IMG/VR virus record: IMGVR_UViG_3300017707_000475
Location: 1-49,710 of that record
Source of the DNA: a virus
Lineage: Duplodnaviria; Caudoviricetes
Direction: 5' to 3' (one strand)
DNA length: 49,710 nucleotides
Shown: positions 21,113 to 31,293 of the stretch, one piece after another
Layout of the letters: each line of letters opens with the position of its first letter
Position numbering within the stretch: position 1 is the stretch's first letter
Notes under the pieces: generated by a model
The model's database searches: none
What the model was told of the DNA's origin: nothing
Seen by the model: the letters and a program-made list of their open reading frames with translations, nothing else
Made by a program: the position numbers and the translations under genes

Positions 21113-23461
21113 ATGCCCCAAGTCGGAGAGACATACATCGAGGTCCGTGCCGACACATCCAAGGTCGGCAAGGACATCGAGCAGGGTGTCACCGAGGAGG
21201 TCAAGAAGGCCGAGAAGGCCGTCGGTCGATTCGCCGATGCGTGGAAGAAGGTGGAACTCAAGGGTCCTGCCGGGGAGATCAAGAACCTCACGGACAAGGC
21301 CGTGGTCCCAGCAGGCATCGCCCTCACCGCAGTCACCGGGGCGTTCGGCCTGTTCGCCAAGCAGGCTGAGGAGGCTGCAATCGCCCAGAGGCGACTCGGG
21401 GCAGTCCTCAACTCAATGGGCTACCCAGAGGCCACAGATCGCGTCTCCAAGTACGCCGACACCCTCGAGCGCAACCTCGCAGTCGACGGGGAACTCATCA
21501 AGGCCACCCAGACGAAGCTCGCCACCTTCGCCAACCTGACCGCCACCATCAACGAGTCCGGGGGTGCGTTCGACCGTGCCACGGTCGCAGCCCTCGACCT
21601 TGCTGCTGCAGGGTTCGGATCGGCTGAGACCAACGCTGTCCAACTCGGCAAGGCTCTCCAAGACCCGGTCAAGGGCATCGGGGCTCTCGCTCGGGCTGGC
21701 GTGACCTTCACAGCGCAGGAGAAGGAAAAGATCAAGACCCTCGTCGAGTCAGGGCAGACCCTCCAAGCGCAGGACATGATCCTCAAGGCGATCGAGACAC
21801 AGGTGGGAGGCACAGCCGAGGCCTCCAAGTCGGGCTTCGCCGAGATGAAGATTGCCCTCGAGAACGCCGGGGAGGCCATCGGCACAGTCCTCCTCCCCGT
21901 CATCGAGAAGGTCGCGAGCATCTTCACGTCGTTCGCCTCCTTCGTGGAGGATCACACCACGACGTTCATCGTGCTCGGATCAGCGATCGGTGTCGTCGCC
22001 GGGGCAGTCGTCGCGGTCAACACAGCCCTCAAGATACAGATGGCTCTGATGACCCTGTCCAACGGCATCAAGGCGACCTACGCCCTCATCACCGGGACAG
22101 AGACCGCAGCAGTCACCGCCCAGACCGCAGCGACGACCGCAGCGACCGCAGCCCAGACAGGTCTGAACACCGCGATGGCTCTCAATCCGATCGGCATCAT
22201 CGTGGTCGCCATCGGAGCCCTCATTGCCGGGTTCGTGCTGGCGTACAAGAAGATCGACTGGTTCCGCAACGGGGTCAACAAGGTCCTCAACCTCATCATC
22301 GGGTACTTCGAGTTCATGGTCAATGCGTGGATCAAGGTCATCAACGCCTTCACGTCGGGCATCAACAAGTTCACCGGGCTGTTCAGCAAGGTCGGCATCG
22401 ACATCCCCAAGATCGGGCAGATCGCAGAGGTCACCTTCGGACGGATTGGCGATGCAGCGACCAAGGCAGCAGGCTCCGCAGCAGACTTCCGGAAGGCCGA
22501 GGAGGCCTCGATGGAGGCCTATCGCAAGGGCAAGAAGGAGGCGACCGAGGAGACGACGACCTTCACCGGGGCAATCGACAAGGCAGGGGAGGCAGCCAAG
22601 GCAGCAGCAGCCAAGGTCAAGACCCTCCGCGACGAGATGGGCAAGGGCTTCGTCGACTCCCTCAAGGGTGCCGGGGATGTCCTTGAGAAGGCTCGCAAGG
22701 CGTTCTCCGACTTCGCCATCGACGTGGGCAAGGCCGTCACGAGTGCGTTCTCCTTCAAGGATGCCTACGACTCCGGCAAGGAGACCGGGGGTGGGTTCCT
22801 CAAGGCTCTCAACGATCAGGCGGTCAAGGTCCAGAACTTCGGGGTGCTCGTCAATCGCCTCATCGCAGCAGGCATCTCAGAGCAGGCTCTCCAGCAGGTC
22901 CTCGCAGCAGGCGCAGACGCTGGATCGGCAATCGCCACCGAGCTTCTGTCGACCGCCGATGGTGTGCTCAAGGCCAACAACCTGACCGCGCAGGTGCAGG
23001 AGGTCGGCAACCAGATCGGGCTCAACGCTGCAGGAACCTTCAAGCAGGCAGGCGTGACCGCAGGCGAGGCTCTCGTTGCCGGGGTCACGTCGGTCATCAA
23101 CAACTACAAGATCAAACTCCAGAACAAGAAGCTCACCTCCAAGCAACTCGCCAAACTCCAAAAGGACTTCGCAGTCGACATCGAGTTCGTGTTCCAGCAG
23201 GCTCCACAACTCGCCAACGGAGGCATCTTCTCAGGCCGTCAGCCTGCCATCATCGGCGAGGCTGGAGCAGAGGCAGTCATCCCCCTGACGCGACCCCAGA
23301 GGGCTCTCGATCTCATGCAACAGTCGGGGCTCGCTGGCCTTGCTCGATCTGCCGGGGCTGCTGTGAACATCGAGAGTGCGACCTTCGTGGAGCCGATTGA
23401 CGCTCAACTCCTCGCAGCCAAGGTCATGGTCGCCGAGAGAACTAGGAGTTTCGCCCAATGA
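21113..23461 (+). CDS. Tape measure protein
   Basis: MPQVGETYIEVRADT start, LGKALQDP, Ala-rich helices, ANGGIF...IGEAGAEAVIPL. Confidence 0.9.
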   Translation: MPQVGETYIEVRADTSKVGKDIEQGVTEEVKKAEKAVGRFADAWKKVELKGPAGEIKNLTDKAVVPAGIALTAVTGAFGLFAKQAEEAAIAQRRLGAVLNSMGYPEATDRVSKYADTLERNLAVDGELIKATQTKLATFANLTATINESGGAFDRATVAALDLAAAGFGSAETNAVQLGKALQDPVKGIGALARAGVTFTAQEKEKIKTLVESGQTLQAQDMILKAIETQVGGTAEASKSGFAEMKIALENAGEAIGTVLLPVIEKVASIFTSFASFVEDHTTTFIVLGSAIGVVAGAVVAVNTALKIQMALMTLSNGIKATYALITGTETAAVTAQTAATTAATAAQTGLNTAMALNPIGIIVVAIGALIAGFVLAYKKIDWFRNGVNKVLNLIIGYFEFMVNAWIKVINAFTSGINKFTGLFSKVGIDIPKIGQIAEVTFGRIGDAATKAAGSAADFRKAEEASMEAYRKGKKEATEETTTFTGAIDKAGEAAKAAAAKVKTLRDEMGKGFVDSLKGAGDVLEKARKAFSDFAIDVGKAVTSAFSFKDAYDSGKETGGGFLKALNDQAVKVQNFGVLVNRLIAAGISEQALQQVLAAGADAGSAIATELLSTADGVLKANNLTAQVQEVGNQIGLNAAGTFKQAGVTAGEALVAGVTSVINNYKIKLQNKKLTSKQLAKLQKDFAVDIEFVFQQAPQLANGGIFSGRQPAIIGEAGAEAVIPLTRPQRALDLMQQSGLAGLARSAGAAVNIESATFVEPIDAQLLAAKVMVAERTRSFAQ

Positions 23462-24336
23462 TGTACCTGACAGACCCGGTGCTGGGTCGCCTCGATCTGG
23501 ACTGCGTGGACGGATTCGTGGTAACAGAGTTCGAGATCGGCTGGCCTGAGGTCCGCGAGGTCACGACTCCCCGATCGCTGTCTGACGGATCGGTCGACAC
23601 CACGACCTACCTCGGCAAGCGACCCGTCACGGTCGCCCTCCGATACGACCAGACGAAGCTCGCCACCCAGAACCTGCTCGACCTCGTGACCCCATTCCTG
23701 TCGCCCCGATACAGGCCTCAACTCGTCTGGACCGTCCAACAGTCGGGAGACGGATGCCCCGGTCCTGCGGCATCTGTGGAGACTGTGAGATCGCTCAGGG
23801 TCCGAGGCGTGGATGGACCGCTCGTCGTCAACGCCCCCAAGTACCTCTCCATGGTCCTGCAATGGGTCGCTCAGGACCCGTACACAACCGGGCTCGATCA
23901 GTCATGCGCTGTCGCCCTCATCACCGGGAGCGAGGAGTTCGGGCGCACCTATGACCTCGACTTCGACCGTGAGTATCCCTACAGCCCTCAGTATGGAGTC
24001 ACGTCGTTCACGCCCCTCGGCAATGCCCCGATGGACTGGACAGGGACAGTCACAGCAGAGGTCACGAGTCCCGAGCTTCTCATCAACGACACCACCATCA
24101 CCTTCGCTGGGCTCTCGCTCCTGCCCGGGCAGACCATCAACATCGACACGCAGGAGCGCACCATCCTTCGCAACAACGACCCCAACGACTCCATCTACGG
24201 CTACACCAACTTTCAGGACTGGACATGGGATGACATCCGTCTGACCCCCGGCGAGAACCAGATCAGGCTGCAGGCGACCTCGTACACGGGCTCGCCATCG
24301 TTCACGCTCTGCTGGTACGACAAGTGGTTCGCCTGA
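23458..24336 (+). CDS. Distal tail (Dit)-like protein
   Basis: Directly after the tape measure gene; GNAP...IDT...LTPGEN pattern. Confidence 0.7.
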   Translation: MMYLTDPVLGRLDLDCVDGFVVTEFEIGWPEVREVTTPRSLSDGSVDTTTYLGKRPVTVALRYDQTKLATQNLLDLVTPFLSPRYRPQLVWTVQQSGDGCPGPAASVETVRSLRVRGVDGPLVVNAPKYLSMVLQWVAQDPYTTGLDQSCAVALITGSEEFGRTYDLDFDREYPYSPQYGVTSFTPLGNAPMDWTGTVTAEVTSPELLINDTTITFAGLSLLPGQTINIDTQERTILRNNDPNDSIYGYTNFQDWTWDDIRLTPGENQIRLQATSYTGSPSFTLCWYDKWFA

Positions 24337-24339
24337 CCC

Positions 24340-25413
24340 ATGCCCGGCACTTATCTCGCAGCCTTCGGTCCGTCCACCGGGACCACACCCACGCAGGTCC
24401 TGACCTTCTTCGATGAGTGGCAGATGACCAAGAACCTCGACGACGGATGCACCTTCGCCTTCACGTCGCCCGGTGACTCACTCCCCGGCGTGGAGATCAC
24501 CGAACTAGACACCGACATCTGGCTCTACCTTGACGGGGTGCTCATCGAGCGGTTCCGAGTGCTCGAGGTCGTGCAGGACTGGGCGTATGACGGCAGGAAC
24601 ACCATCGCGGTCTCCTGTTGCTGCTACCGCCGACTGCTCGGCTCACGGTATGTCAACTCGCCCCTCGCCTACACGGCTGTCTCGCAGGGCGACATCGTCT
24701 GGAACCTGATCCAGCACACCCAGAGCCAGACCAACGGCAACCTCGGTATTACCCTCGGATCGGCAGGACCAATCGTCCCCCGAGATCGGGCGTACGAGAT
24801 CGGAGCGAACATCCTCGACTCAATCGTGGAACTCTCCCAGATTGACCTCGGCATCGTCTGGCGCATCGACGCGACCGGGTCGCTCATCATCACGCAGGTC
24901 CCCTCGACCTATCCAGCCCCCAATCCTCAGCCTGTCGTCCTCGGAGCCAATGCCCTGACCATCAAGAAGCCAAGCGGATCGGCTCTCTTCGGCAACGTCG
25001 CCATCGTCACAGGTGACTCAGTCGCGACCACTCCTGTCGTCGCCACGACTGCCGGGCTATCGACCGATCCTCGAGGCAGGTGGGAGAAGTTCCGAGGCCT
25101 GCCTCAGGAGCAGACTCAGGCCAACCTCACCCAGCAGGCCAACGGCATCGTCACGACATCCCAGAGCCCCCAGATCGTGTACGACTTCACGCTCGAGCCC
25201 GGACGATACTTCCTCGACTCCAACTACGACCTCGGCGAGGTCATCACGGTCGTCCAGCCAGCGACCATCGTCCCTACCTCTGCCAACCCGACCATCCCTC
25301 TCGTGACAGTCGCAGCATCAGCAGTCACCTGTCAGGTCATCTCCCAGTCCATCACCCTCTCAGCAGACGGTCTCGTGACCGTGGCGATGCAGGCCATCGC
25401 CCTACCCGACTGA
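24340..25413 (+). CDS. Minor tail / baseplate hub protein
   Basis: Synteny after Dit; GRWE and YDLGEVI motifs. Confidence 0.65.
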   Translation: MPGTYLAAFGPSTGTTPTQVLTFFDEWQMTKNLDDGCTFAFTSPGDSLPGVEITELDTDIWLYLDGVLIERFRVLEVVQDWAYDGRNTIAVSCCCYRRLLGSRYVNSPLAYTAVSQGDIVWNLIQHTQSQTNGNLGITLGSAGPIVPRDRAYEIGANILDSIVELSQIDLGIVWRIDATGSLIITQVPSTYPAPNPQPVVLGANALTIKKPSGSALFGNVAIVTGDSVATTPVVATTAGLSTDPRGRWEKFRGLPQEQTQANLTQQANGIVTTSQSPQIVYDFTLEPGRYFLDSNYDLGEVITVVQPATIVPTSANPTIPLVTVAASAVTCQVISQSITLSADGLVTVAMQAIALPD

Positions 25414-25427
25414 GGTAGGGTTCTGAC

Positions 25428-26063
25428 ATGACGCGACCTCGGACCACAACCTCCCCGTCCGATGCTCTGGGCGCAACGCTCTCCGACACCAAGGGGCGGG
25501 TCAGCAACCTCGAGACCCTCGCCCACAGGCACGATCAGCCTGCCTCTGCTCTCGGACCCGTGGGGACAATCGTTGACTACATCGGGACGACAGCCCCGTC
25601 CGGGTGGGCAATCCTCGACGGATCGACAATCACCGGAGGTCAGACCCTGTACCCCGACCTCTGGGCAATCCTCCCGGCGAGCTTCAAGAGTGGGGCGAAC
25701 ATCGTGCTTCCGGACACTCGAGGGCGCGTGGCGGTCGGCCTCAACTCCTCAGACTCGTCCTTCGATGCAATGGGTGAGACCGGGGGAGCCAAGACTCACA
25801 CCCTGACCGCAGCGGAGATGCCCTCTCACGACCACGGGGGGGTCACATCCATGAACGCCTACACCAACTTCCTCCGATTGGTCGCTGCAGTCGGCACGAC
25901 GATGGAGAACAACCACCACGTCGGTCGTGGTGGGGGATCATTTGCTGATTACTCAGGCGACTTTCCCAATCATCAGCACTACATCTCGGCTGATGGAGGT
26001 GGTGGAGCGCACAACAATCTCCAGCCCTACATCGTGTTCGCCAAGATCATGAAGCTCGTGTAG
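25428..26063 (+). CDS. Tail-collar-domain fibre protein
   Basis: PVGTIVDY..TAPSGW..DG..LPDTRGRV..GGAKTHTLT..HNNLQPY. Confidence 0.85.
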   Translation: MTRPRTTTSPSDALGATLSDTKGRVSNLETLAHRHDQPASALGPVGTIVDYIGTTAPSGWAILDGSTITGGQTLYPDLWAILPASFKSGANIVLPDTRGRVAVGLNSSDSSFDAMGETGGAKTHTLTAAEMPSHDHGGVTSMNAYTNFLRLVAAVGTTMENNHHVGRGGGSFADYSGDFPNHQHYISADGGGGAHNNLQPYIVFAKIMKLV

Positions 26064-26072
26064 GATTCGGGC

Positions 26073-27353
26073 ATGACTGTCATCGCCAACTGGCTCCAGA
26101 ATGTGGACTACCCGGCTCGCATTGACCGCGTCCTCTACGACAACCTCTGGGAGCAGGGGGTCATCGGAGCCACCTCCTTCGCTGTCACCCAGCGTCCGAC
26201 CCCAGCAATGGCGGTCGATGTGGCTGCAGGTGTCTGCATCGTGACCGGGACCGATCAGGCCTTTCAGGGGAAGTACCTCTGCCGAGCCGAGGCTGCGACC
26301 ACCAACGTCGCCATCTCCGCAGCACCGGGATCGGGAACTCGCTACGACATCGTCGTAGTGCAGGTGCGCGACACCAACGCCGGGGGACCGTCTGGTGACG
26401 ACGCCCGTGTGTATGTCGTGGAGGGAACGGCCTCAGCCAGCCCGGTGGACCCGACCATCCCGACCTCGTCAATCCCTCTCGCCCGAGTCCGTGTCCCGTC
26501 GGGGACAGGCTCAATCACCAACGCCCTGATCGACAACCTGCGCGTCGATGCACGGGTCATCGGGGCGACGTCCCCGAGTGGATCGGTCATGGCGTTCGCC
26601 GGGGCGACAGCCCCAGCAGGATGGCTCCTCTGTGATGGGACGGCCTACAGCCAGACCGCCTACCCTGCCCTGTACGCAGCAATCGGATCGGCGTATGCCA
26701 CCTCAGGCGGTCAGACAGCCCCGGCATCTGGCCTGTTCCGTGTCCCGATCCTCAATGGACGAGTCCCCGTCGGGCTAGACGCATCTCAGACAGAGTTCGA
26801 CTCGCTCGGTGAGACAGGTGGCGACAAGGCCTCGACCGCAGCGCACACGCACACCATCGCCCATGACCACTCCATCGCCCATGACCACCCTGCCTTCGAC
26901 ACGGTCACCGGGGGGACACACAACCACAACACGAACTTCAGCCTGACAGCAGATGCGGTCGGCGATCACGACCACAATGTCTCAGCGACCAACCTCGAGA
27001 ACCATGTCCACGGGATGCCTGCTCGCCAGACATCGAGCACGAGCCACACTCACACAGGCACAGCAACGGTCGCGGCAGGCATGAGTGGAACCGATGTGAC
27101 TCCCACGACCTACCCTCCAGCGTATGTCTACATCACTCCCGACGTGCTTCCCGGTGGAACGCACAGCCACTCAGTCTCTGGGACCATAAATGTGAACGCC
27201 GGGGAGGGTGGTCATCAGCACAACATCGACATCCCCAACTTCACTGGGACATCTGGAGCCCCATCGGCAGCCAACTCAGGAGCCTCATCCGTGGGCGCGA
27301 CATCGGGCAACCTGCAGCCCTACATGACCATGAACTACATCATCAAGACCTGA
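26073..27353 (+). CDS. Minor tail fibre with collar domain and His-rich tip
   Basis: N-terminal RYDIVV/IPLARV anchor domain, FAGATAPAGWLLCDG collar, multiple HxH motifs, NLQPYMTMNYIIK. Confidence 0.85.
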   Translation: MTVIANWLQNVDYPARIDRVLYDNLWEQGVIGATSFAVTQRPTPAMAVDVAAGVCIVTGTDQAFQGKYLCRAEAATTNVAISAAPGSGTRYDIVVVQVRDTNAGGPSGDDARVYVVEGTASASPVDPTIPTSSIPLARVRVPSGTGSITNALIDNLRVDARVIGATSPSGSVMAFAGATAPAGWLLCDGTAYSQTAYPALYAAIGSAYATSGGQTAPASGLFRVPILNGRVPVGLDASQTEFDSLGETGGDKASTAAHTHTIAHDHSIAHDHPAFDTVTGGTHNHNTNFSLTADAVGDHDHNVSATNLENHVHGMPARQTSSTSHTHTGTATVAAGMSGTDVTPTTYPPAYVYITPDVLPGGTHSHSVSGTINVNAGEGGHQHNIDIPNFTGTSGAPSAANSGASSVGATSGNLQPYMTMNYIIKT

Positions 27354-27360
27354 GGCAGAC

Positions 27361-27831
27361 ATGAGCCTGACCGACATCCTCGCCACCACCGATCTCCGTG
27401 TCATCGTTGACAGGAGACTCAGGTCCCGATCCGAGAGCGATCGGACCCAGATCGCGGTGAAGCATCTGAAGGCCGACAACCCGACCGACCTCCTGACCAA
27501 GGCTCTCGCCCTCGATGAGACTCCCCTCGCAGCCATCACCTCCACCGGGACGGTCTACATCCTGTCGCCGGGGACGCATGGGCTCATCTGCCTACAGGGC
27601 TCGACAGCCAACAAGGCGCAGAAGCTCGCAATGGAGAAGCTCGCCAAGGCGTACGAGGAGGTCACGCGCCAAGGGCTCCGCGACTGGTATGTCCCCACGG
27701 TCGATCCTGACACCATCGTCCGAGAGCATGATCCAATCGTCGAGTCAGGGCTCGAGGAACCGACCACACCCGTGGAGGCTGACCCCCCGGCAGATGCCGA
27801 GCCCGATACCTCAGACGACCCCTCGGCGTAG
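27361..27831 (+). CDS. Hypothetical protein
   Basis: GAGG RBS; last gene before a terminator. Confidence 0.65.
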   Translation: MSLTDILATTDLRVIVDRRLRSRSESDRTQIAVKHLKADNPTDLLTKALALDETPLAAITSTGTVYILSPGTHGLICLQGSTANKAQKLAMEKLAKAYEEVTRQGLRDWYVPTVDPDTIVREHDPIVESGLEEPTTPVEADPPADAEPDTSDDPSA

Positions 27832-27870
27832 TAGCCTTCCCCCTGTCATTGGTTCGGGTGCAATCCCCGA

Positions 27871-27915
27871 GCACGGAGGACACCGCACTTACGGTCGGTG
27901 TCCTTTCGTGTTTCT
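27871..27915 (+). terminator. Intrinsic terminator ending the late operon
   Basis: GCACGGAGGACACCG / CGGTGTCCTTTCGTGT stem, then TTCT. Confidence 0.7.
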
Positions 27916-27966
27916 GGTCTCCGATCCGAGCCCGAAGAAATCTTCAGAAATCCTCCCCTCCGATGC

Positions 27967-27995
27967 TTGTGTTGCCGACTGGAGTCGGCTAGACT
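27967..27995 (+). promoter_or_regulatory. Promoter with palindromic operator, leaderless start
   Basis: TTGTGT-17bp-TAGACT; spacer GCCGACTGGAGTCGGC; ATG 7 nt after the -10. Confidence 0.8.
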
Positions 27996-28002
27996 TCATT
28001 AC

Positions 28003-28332
28003 ATGAGCAAGCGCATCAAGTCCACCAAGGCCATCGACCTCCGTCCGATCTCGAGGATCGCACGTCGTCACGCACAGGCATCGTCGCAGATCGGCACCTT
28101 CCACATGAGCGAGGGATACGAACTCATCCGCACCTGCTTCAGCGACAAGATTCACATCGCATACAACGTCGCACACCACGGCTCATCGTTCAATGCGCCT
28201 GTCCGTGAGGACAGCGTTGTGGCAGGCAAGGTCGCACTCGAGGCCATCATGGCTGACCTCATCGCAGAGGGCTACATCGTGTCGTGGAACAGCGATGCAC
28301 TCCACGGCCTGCGCCTTGAGGTCATCGTCTGA
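28003..28332 (+). CDS. Hypothetical early protein
   Basis: Leaderless ATG (MSKRIKSTK...). Confidence 0.7.
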   Translation: MSKRIKSTKAIDLRPISRIARRHAQASSQIGTFHMSEGYELIRTCFSDKIHIAYNVAHHGSSFNAPVREDSVVAGKVALEAIMADLIAEGYIVSWNSDALHGLRLEVIV

Positions 28333-28682
28333 TGAGCAGTCGCAAGAACAACCCGTTCCTCCCTCGCACCATCATCTTCGTCCAGACGACCAAGGGCATG
28401 GAGTCCATCGTCAAGGACTACGCACCTCAGCGATGGGTCAAGTCCATCAGCAAGACAGGCGCACTCTCTTACACCACCGACCCTCGAGAGGCGCGTCGGT
28501 TCCGGAACAAGGAGCAGGCGAGCGCAGTCTGCGAGCGATACTCATCAGCCATCGCCATCTCTCTCATCGTGGACTCGCTCAGGTACACAGCGTCAGAGGA
28601 CGACTGTGGGTTCACCTACATGGGCTACTACGATGGCAAGACCAAGCGCAACCAAGACCTCGGGACAGGCGAATGGCTGTGA
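28332..28682 (+). CDS. Hypothetical protein
   Basis: TGATG coupling. Confidence 0.7.
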   Translation: MSSRKNNPFLPRTIIFVQTTKGMESIVKDYAPQRWVKSISKTGALSYTTDPREARRFRNKEQASAVCERYSSAIAISLIVDSLRYTASEDDCGFTYMGYYDGKTKRNQDLGTGEWL

Positions 28683-28882
28683 CCAAGACTGTCATCGGTC
28701 CAGACCTCGCAGAGTGTCCCGGTGATGGAGGCAAGTGGGCTCTCTATTGTGAGCACACCGACAGCACGGGCGACCTCATCGGGGTCGGACTCATCCAAGA
28801 CACCAACAAGCGACGCCTGTCAGAATGGCGCAAGCACTCAGACGAGTGGTGTCCCTATTGCCAAGAGGAGGCAGACACATGA
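28679..28882 (+). CDS. Small Cys/His protein
   Basis: GTGA overlap; DGGKWALYCEH...WCPYC. Confidence 0.65.
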   Translation: MTKTVIGPDLAECPGDGGKWALYCEHTDSTGDLIGVGLIQDTNKRRLSEWRKHSDEWCPYCQEEADT

Positions 28883-29076
28883 CATACAGAGCAGCGTGGA
28901 CACGATTGTCCGATGGTCAATGGGGAGTCGAGGTCAGAGATACGACCGATGACCTCTCAGGCCAGACAGTCACGGTCACCAAGAAGGACGGCACGACCTC
29001 GCAGGTCACGCTCGGATCGCTCATCAGCGAGAACGAGTACGGCATGAAGTACGACGTGGGGCTCGGAGCGAAATGA
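28879..29076 (+). CDS. Small beta-rich hypothetical protein
   Basis: GAGGAGG RBS; WTRLSDGQWGV...VTVTKKDG. Confidence 0.7.
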   Translation: MTYRAAWTRLSDGQWGVEVRDTTDDLSGQTVTVTKKDGTTSQVTLGSLISENEYGMKYDVGLGAK

Positions 29077-29312
29077 GTCGCTGTCCAGAGTGCGACAAGG
29101 CACTCACCGGGTACGACCTGTTCGGTCACGACTGCGAGGTGCAGGCCTGCGCCTGTCCATCGTGCTCGCCCGATGATGGCTCCGATCCCAGCGACGAGTG
29201 CTTCCGGAACTTCTGCGCCCTCTGCCGGGCTGAACTCGGATACGAGAGCGACTGGCCTGACCTGTGTGGTCGGTGCATCGCTGACGAGTATCGCAAGCAA
29301 GAACTCACCTGA
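29073..29312 (+). CDS. Small Cys-rich (zinc-finger-like) protein
   Basis: Several CxxC pairs; ATGA overlap. Confidence 0.55.
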   Translation: MSRCPECDKALTGYDLFGHDCEVQACACPSCSPDDGSDPSDECFRNFCALCRAELGYESDWPDLCGRCIADEYRKQELT

Positions 29313-29423
29313 CCGGACACTCAGGGAGAACCCTGTCACAGGGGTCGCATAGAGTCCTCATCCAGAGAGACGCTGTGCAGGTGTCCATCTCACCATCAAC
29401 CATCCTCACAAGGAGACACGCCA

Positions 29424-29942
29424 ATGACCACCACCGATCCTTCGGTGACCCTCGCCAAGGCTCTCAAGGCCATCGAGGGCATCGACCTCAACCTCATCGC
29501 GGAGGGCTCACCTCCCGATCTCGCACGGAGGCTCGACCTCCTGACGCGACTCACCACCGCCACCCGTCTGCTGCAGGACGAGATCGTGGAGAGCCTCGCA
29601 GCCTCGATGGAGGAGGACACCATGTCCATCACCGGGCTGGGCAACCTCGTCAGGAAGCCCAAGTTCTCGTCCACATGGATCAACGAGGACAGCCGAGAGC
29701 AGATGTTCGATGACGCTGTCCGTGCAATCATCCAGAAGGTCGCTCTGGACAAGATGACGGGCGAGGTCCACCCTGCCCTCTCTAACGCGGTCCGAGAGAC
29801 CTTCAACCTGCTGGACGCATCGTTCTCCTTCGGAGCCGACCCCAAGACGGGCTTCCGGAAGCAACTCGGGCTTCAGGCCGATGAGTACCGATCCAAGCGT
29901 CGCTCCGGCTACAGCGTCTCCATCGAGGGGGAACGGCTGTGA
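29424..29942 (+). CDS. Hypothetical protein (recombination module)
   Basis: AAGGAG RBS; coupled to the ERF gene. Confidence 0.75.
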   Translation: MTTTDPSVTLAKALKAIEGIDLNLIAEGSPPDLARRLDLLTRLTTATRLLQDEIVESLAASMEEDTMSITGLGNLVRKPKFSSTWINEDSREQMFDDAVRAIIQKVALDKMTGEVHPALSNAVRETFNLLDASFSFGADPKTGFRKQLGLQADEYRSKRRSGYSVSIEGERL

Positions 29943-30649
29943 GTTGGACATCCTCGCCTGAGATCACGAACATCGCCCCGGCACTCGTCAAGGCTCTCGG
30001 AGAGTTGACCGACGTCCCCAAGGGACGCGAGGCCAAGATTCCGACCAAGACCGGGGCATCGTACGGCTACAAGTACGCCGACCTCGCCGACACCTTGTCG
30101 ATGGTCCGTCCGATCCTCGCCAAGCACGGGCTCGCTGTCACCCAGACAGCCTCCAACCCTGACGACAACACGGTCGCCATCACCACGACCCTCATCCACT
30201 CCTCCGGTGAGTGGATGTCGTTCCATCCCCTCCTGCTCCCCAACGGTCGCACCGCTCAGGAGACTGGATCGGCAATCACCTACGGTCGCCGATACTCGCT
30301 CCTCGCTGTCCTCGGGCTCGCTGCAGAGGACGATGATGGGGCATCGGCTGCACCGCGTCAGCCACGATCCGCGCCTGCTCGCCAGAGCGACCGCCCATCC
30401 CCGGCTCCGAAGCCCAAGGCAACCTCAGCCGAGGAGGAGGAGATCAAGCGGATGCTCGCCGAGGTCACGACAGAGACAGCCAAGGCCATCAAGGCCGACT
30501 TCATGGCAGAGTTCGGGAAGCTCGCTGACCTCGCTCCGGAAAGGCGAGCCGAGGCCAAGGACTGGGTCGCCCTGCGGATCGCCATGAGCGACATCGCTGA
30601 TGCGGAGTGGGTCAAGGCTGCGTCCGAGCCGATGGAGGAGGAGTCGTGA
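29939..30649 (+). CDS. erf: ERF-family single-strand annealing protein
   Basis: YKYADL...HSSGEW...GSAITYGRRYSLLAVLGL..EDDDG signature. Confidence 0.9.
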   Translation: MSWTSSPEITNIAPALVKALGELTDVPKGREAKIPTKTGASYGYKYADLADTLSMVRPILAKHGLAVTQTASNPDDNTVAITTTLIHSSGEWMSFHPLLLPNGRTAQETGSAITYGRRYSLLAVLGLAAEDDDGASAAPRQPRSAPARQSDRPSPAPKPKATSAEEEEIKRMLAEVTTETAKAIKADFMAEFGKLADLAPERRAEAKDWVALRIAMSDIADAEWVKAASEPMEEES

Positions 30650-30990
30650 ACGACGTCAAACTCACCGACTATCAGAGGTCAATGCTCTGCTGGCTCGCTG
30701 CCCACGATGGCTACATCCCTAAGGATGAGGGCATCAACCAGAGAAACCCCGACCTCGCCCATGAGATCAAGCAGTCGCTCCGTGCTCTGGGTCTCGTCGA
30801 GGCTCCTGAGTACAGCACCGAGGCGAGGCTGTATGTCTACAAGCCCACGCAGGACGGGTACGACCGGGCTCTGAAGATGCGCTACTCAAGTGGGTGCTCT
30901 GCCTGCGTCACGGCCTTCTGCGTCTGTCGCGTCAGGGTCGTCTGCGTTGCTGGCTGCGGTAATGCCGGGTGCCACGGGAGCCACGACTGA
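30646..30990 (+). CDS. Hypothetical protein, wHTH-like with Cys-rich tail
   Basis: GAGGAG RBS, GTGA overlap, C-terminal Cys cluster. Confidence 0.65.
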   Translation: MNDVKLTDYQRSMLCWLAAHDGYIPKDEGINQRNPDLAHEIKQSLRALGLVEAPEYSTEARLYVYKPTQDGYDRALKMRYSSGCSACVTAFCVCRVRVVCVAGCGNAGCHGSHD

Positions 30991-31256
30991 TGGCTCGCCG
31001 ACAGATGGTCACGCTCGAGGTCATCGTGGAGGTGGATGCCGATGAGGCTGAGAAGCTCGTCGGCTCACCGGGATGGTCCGATCCGTCCGGTGATGGCGAG
31101 CCTCCGATCTCAGGACTGACGCTCCGTGCCGACCAACTCGTCTGGGCTCTCGCACATCGGGCTCTCGAGGAGTGGTCGGGGCTGGATGCCTTCATCGTTG
31201 AGGCCAATGGCCTCCCCGGCGAGATCACCAATGAGGACGAGGAGTCCGAGTTCTGA
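30990..31256 (+). CDS. Hypothetical acidic protein
   Basis: TGATG coupling. Confidence 0.65.
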   Translation: MARRQMVTLEVIVEVDADEAEKLVGSPGWSDPSGDGEPPISGLTLRADQLVWALAHRALEEWSGLDAFIVEANGLPGEITNEDEESEF

Positions 31257-31258
31257 CA

Positions 31259-31287
31259 TGGCACAGGGCTCGAGAGTCGGCTAGAGT
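31259..31287 (+). promoter_or_regulatory. Promoter with operator half-site
   Basis: TGGCAC-17bp-TAGAGT; GAGTCGGC half-site directly before the -10, as in the other promoters. Confidence 0.5.
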
Positions 31288-31293
31288 CACCGA

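Noticed and set aside
27851-27872. GGTTCGGGTGCAATCCCCGAGC as a tRNA fragment
   Set aside because: A single small hairpin; no cloverleaf can be built. I found no tRNA in the window.
29313-29423. Short intergenic hairpins (GGACAC/GTGTCC, CAGGG-AGAA-CCCTG)
   Set aside because: Stems are short enough to arise by chance at this GC content, and there is no well-spaced promoter.
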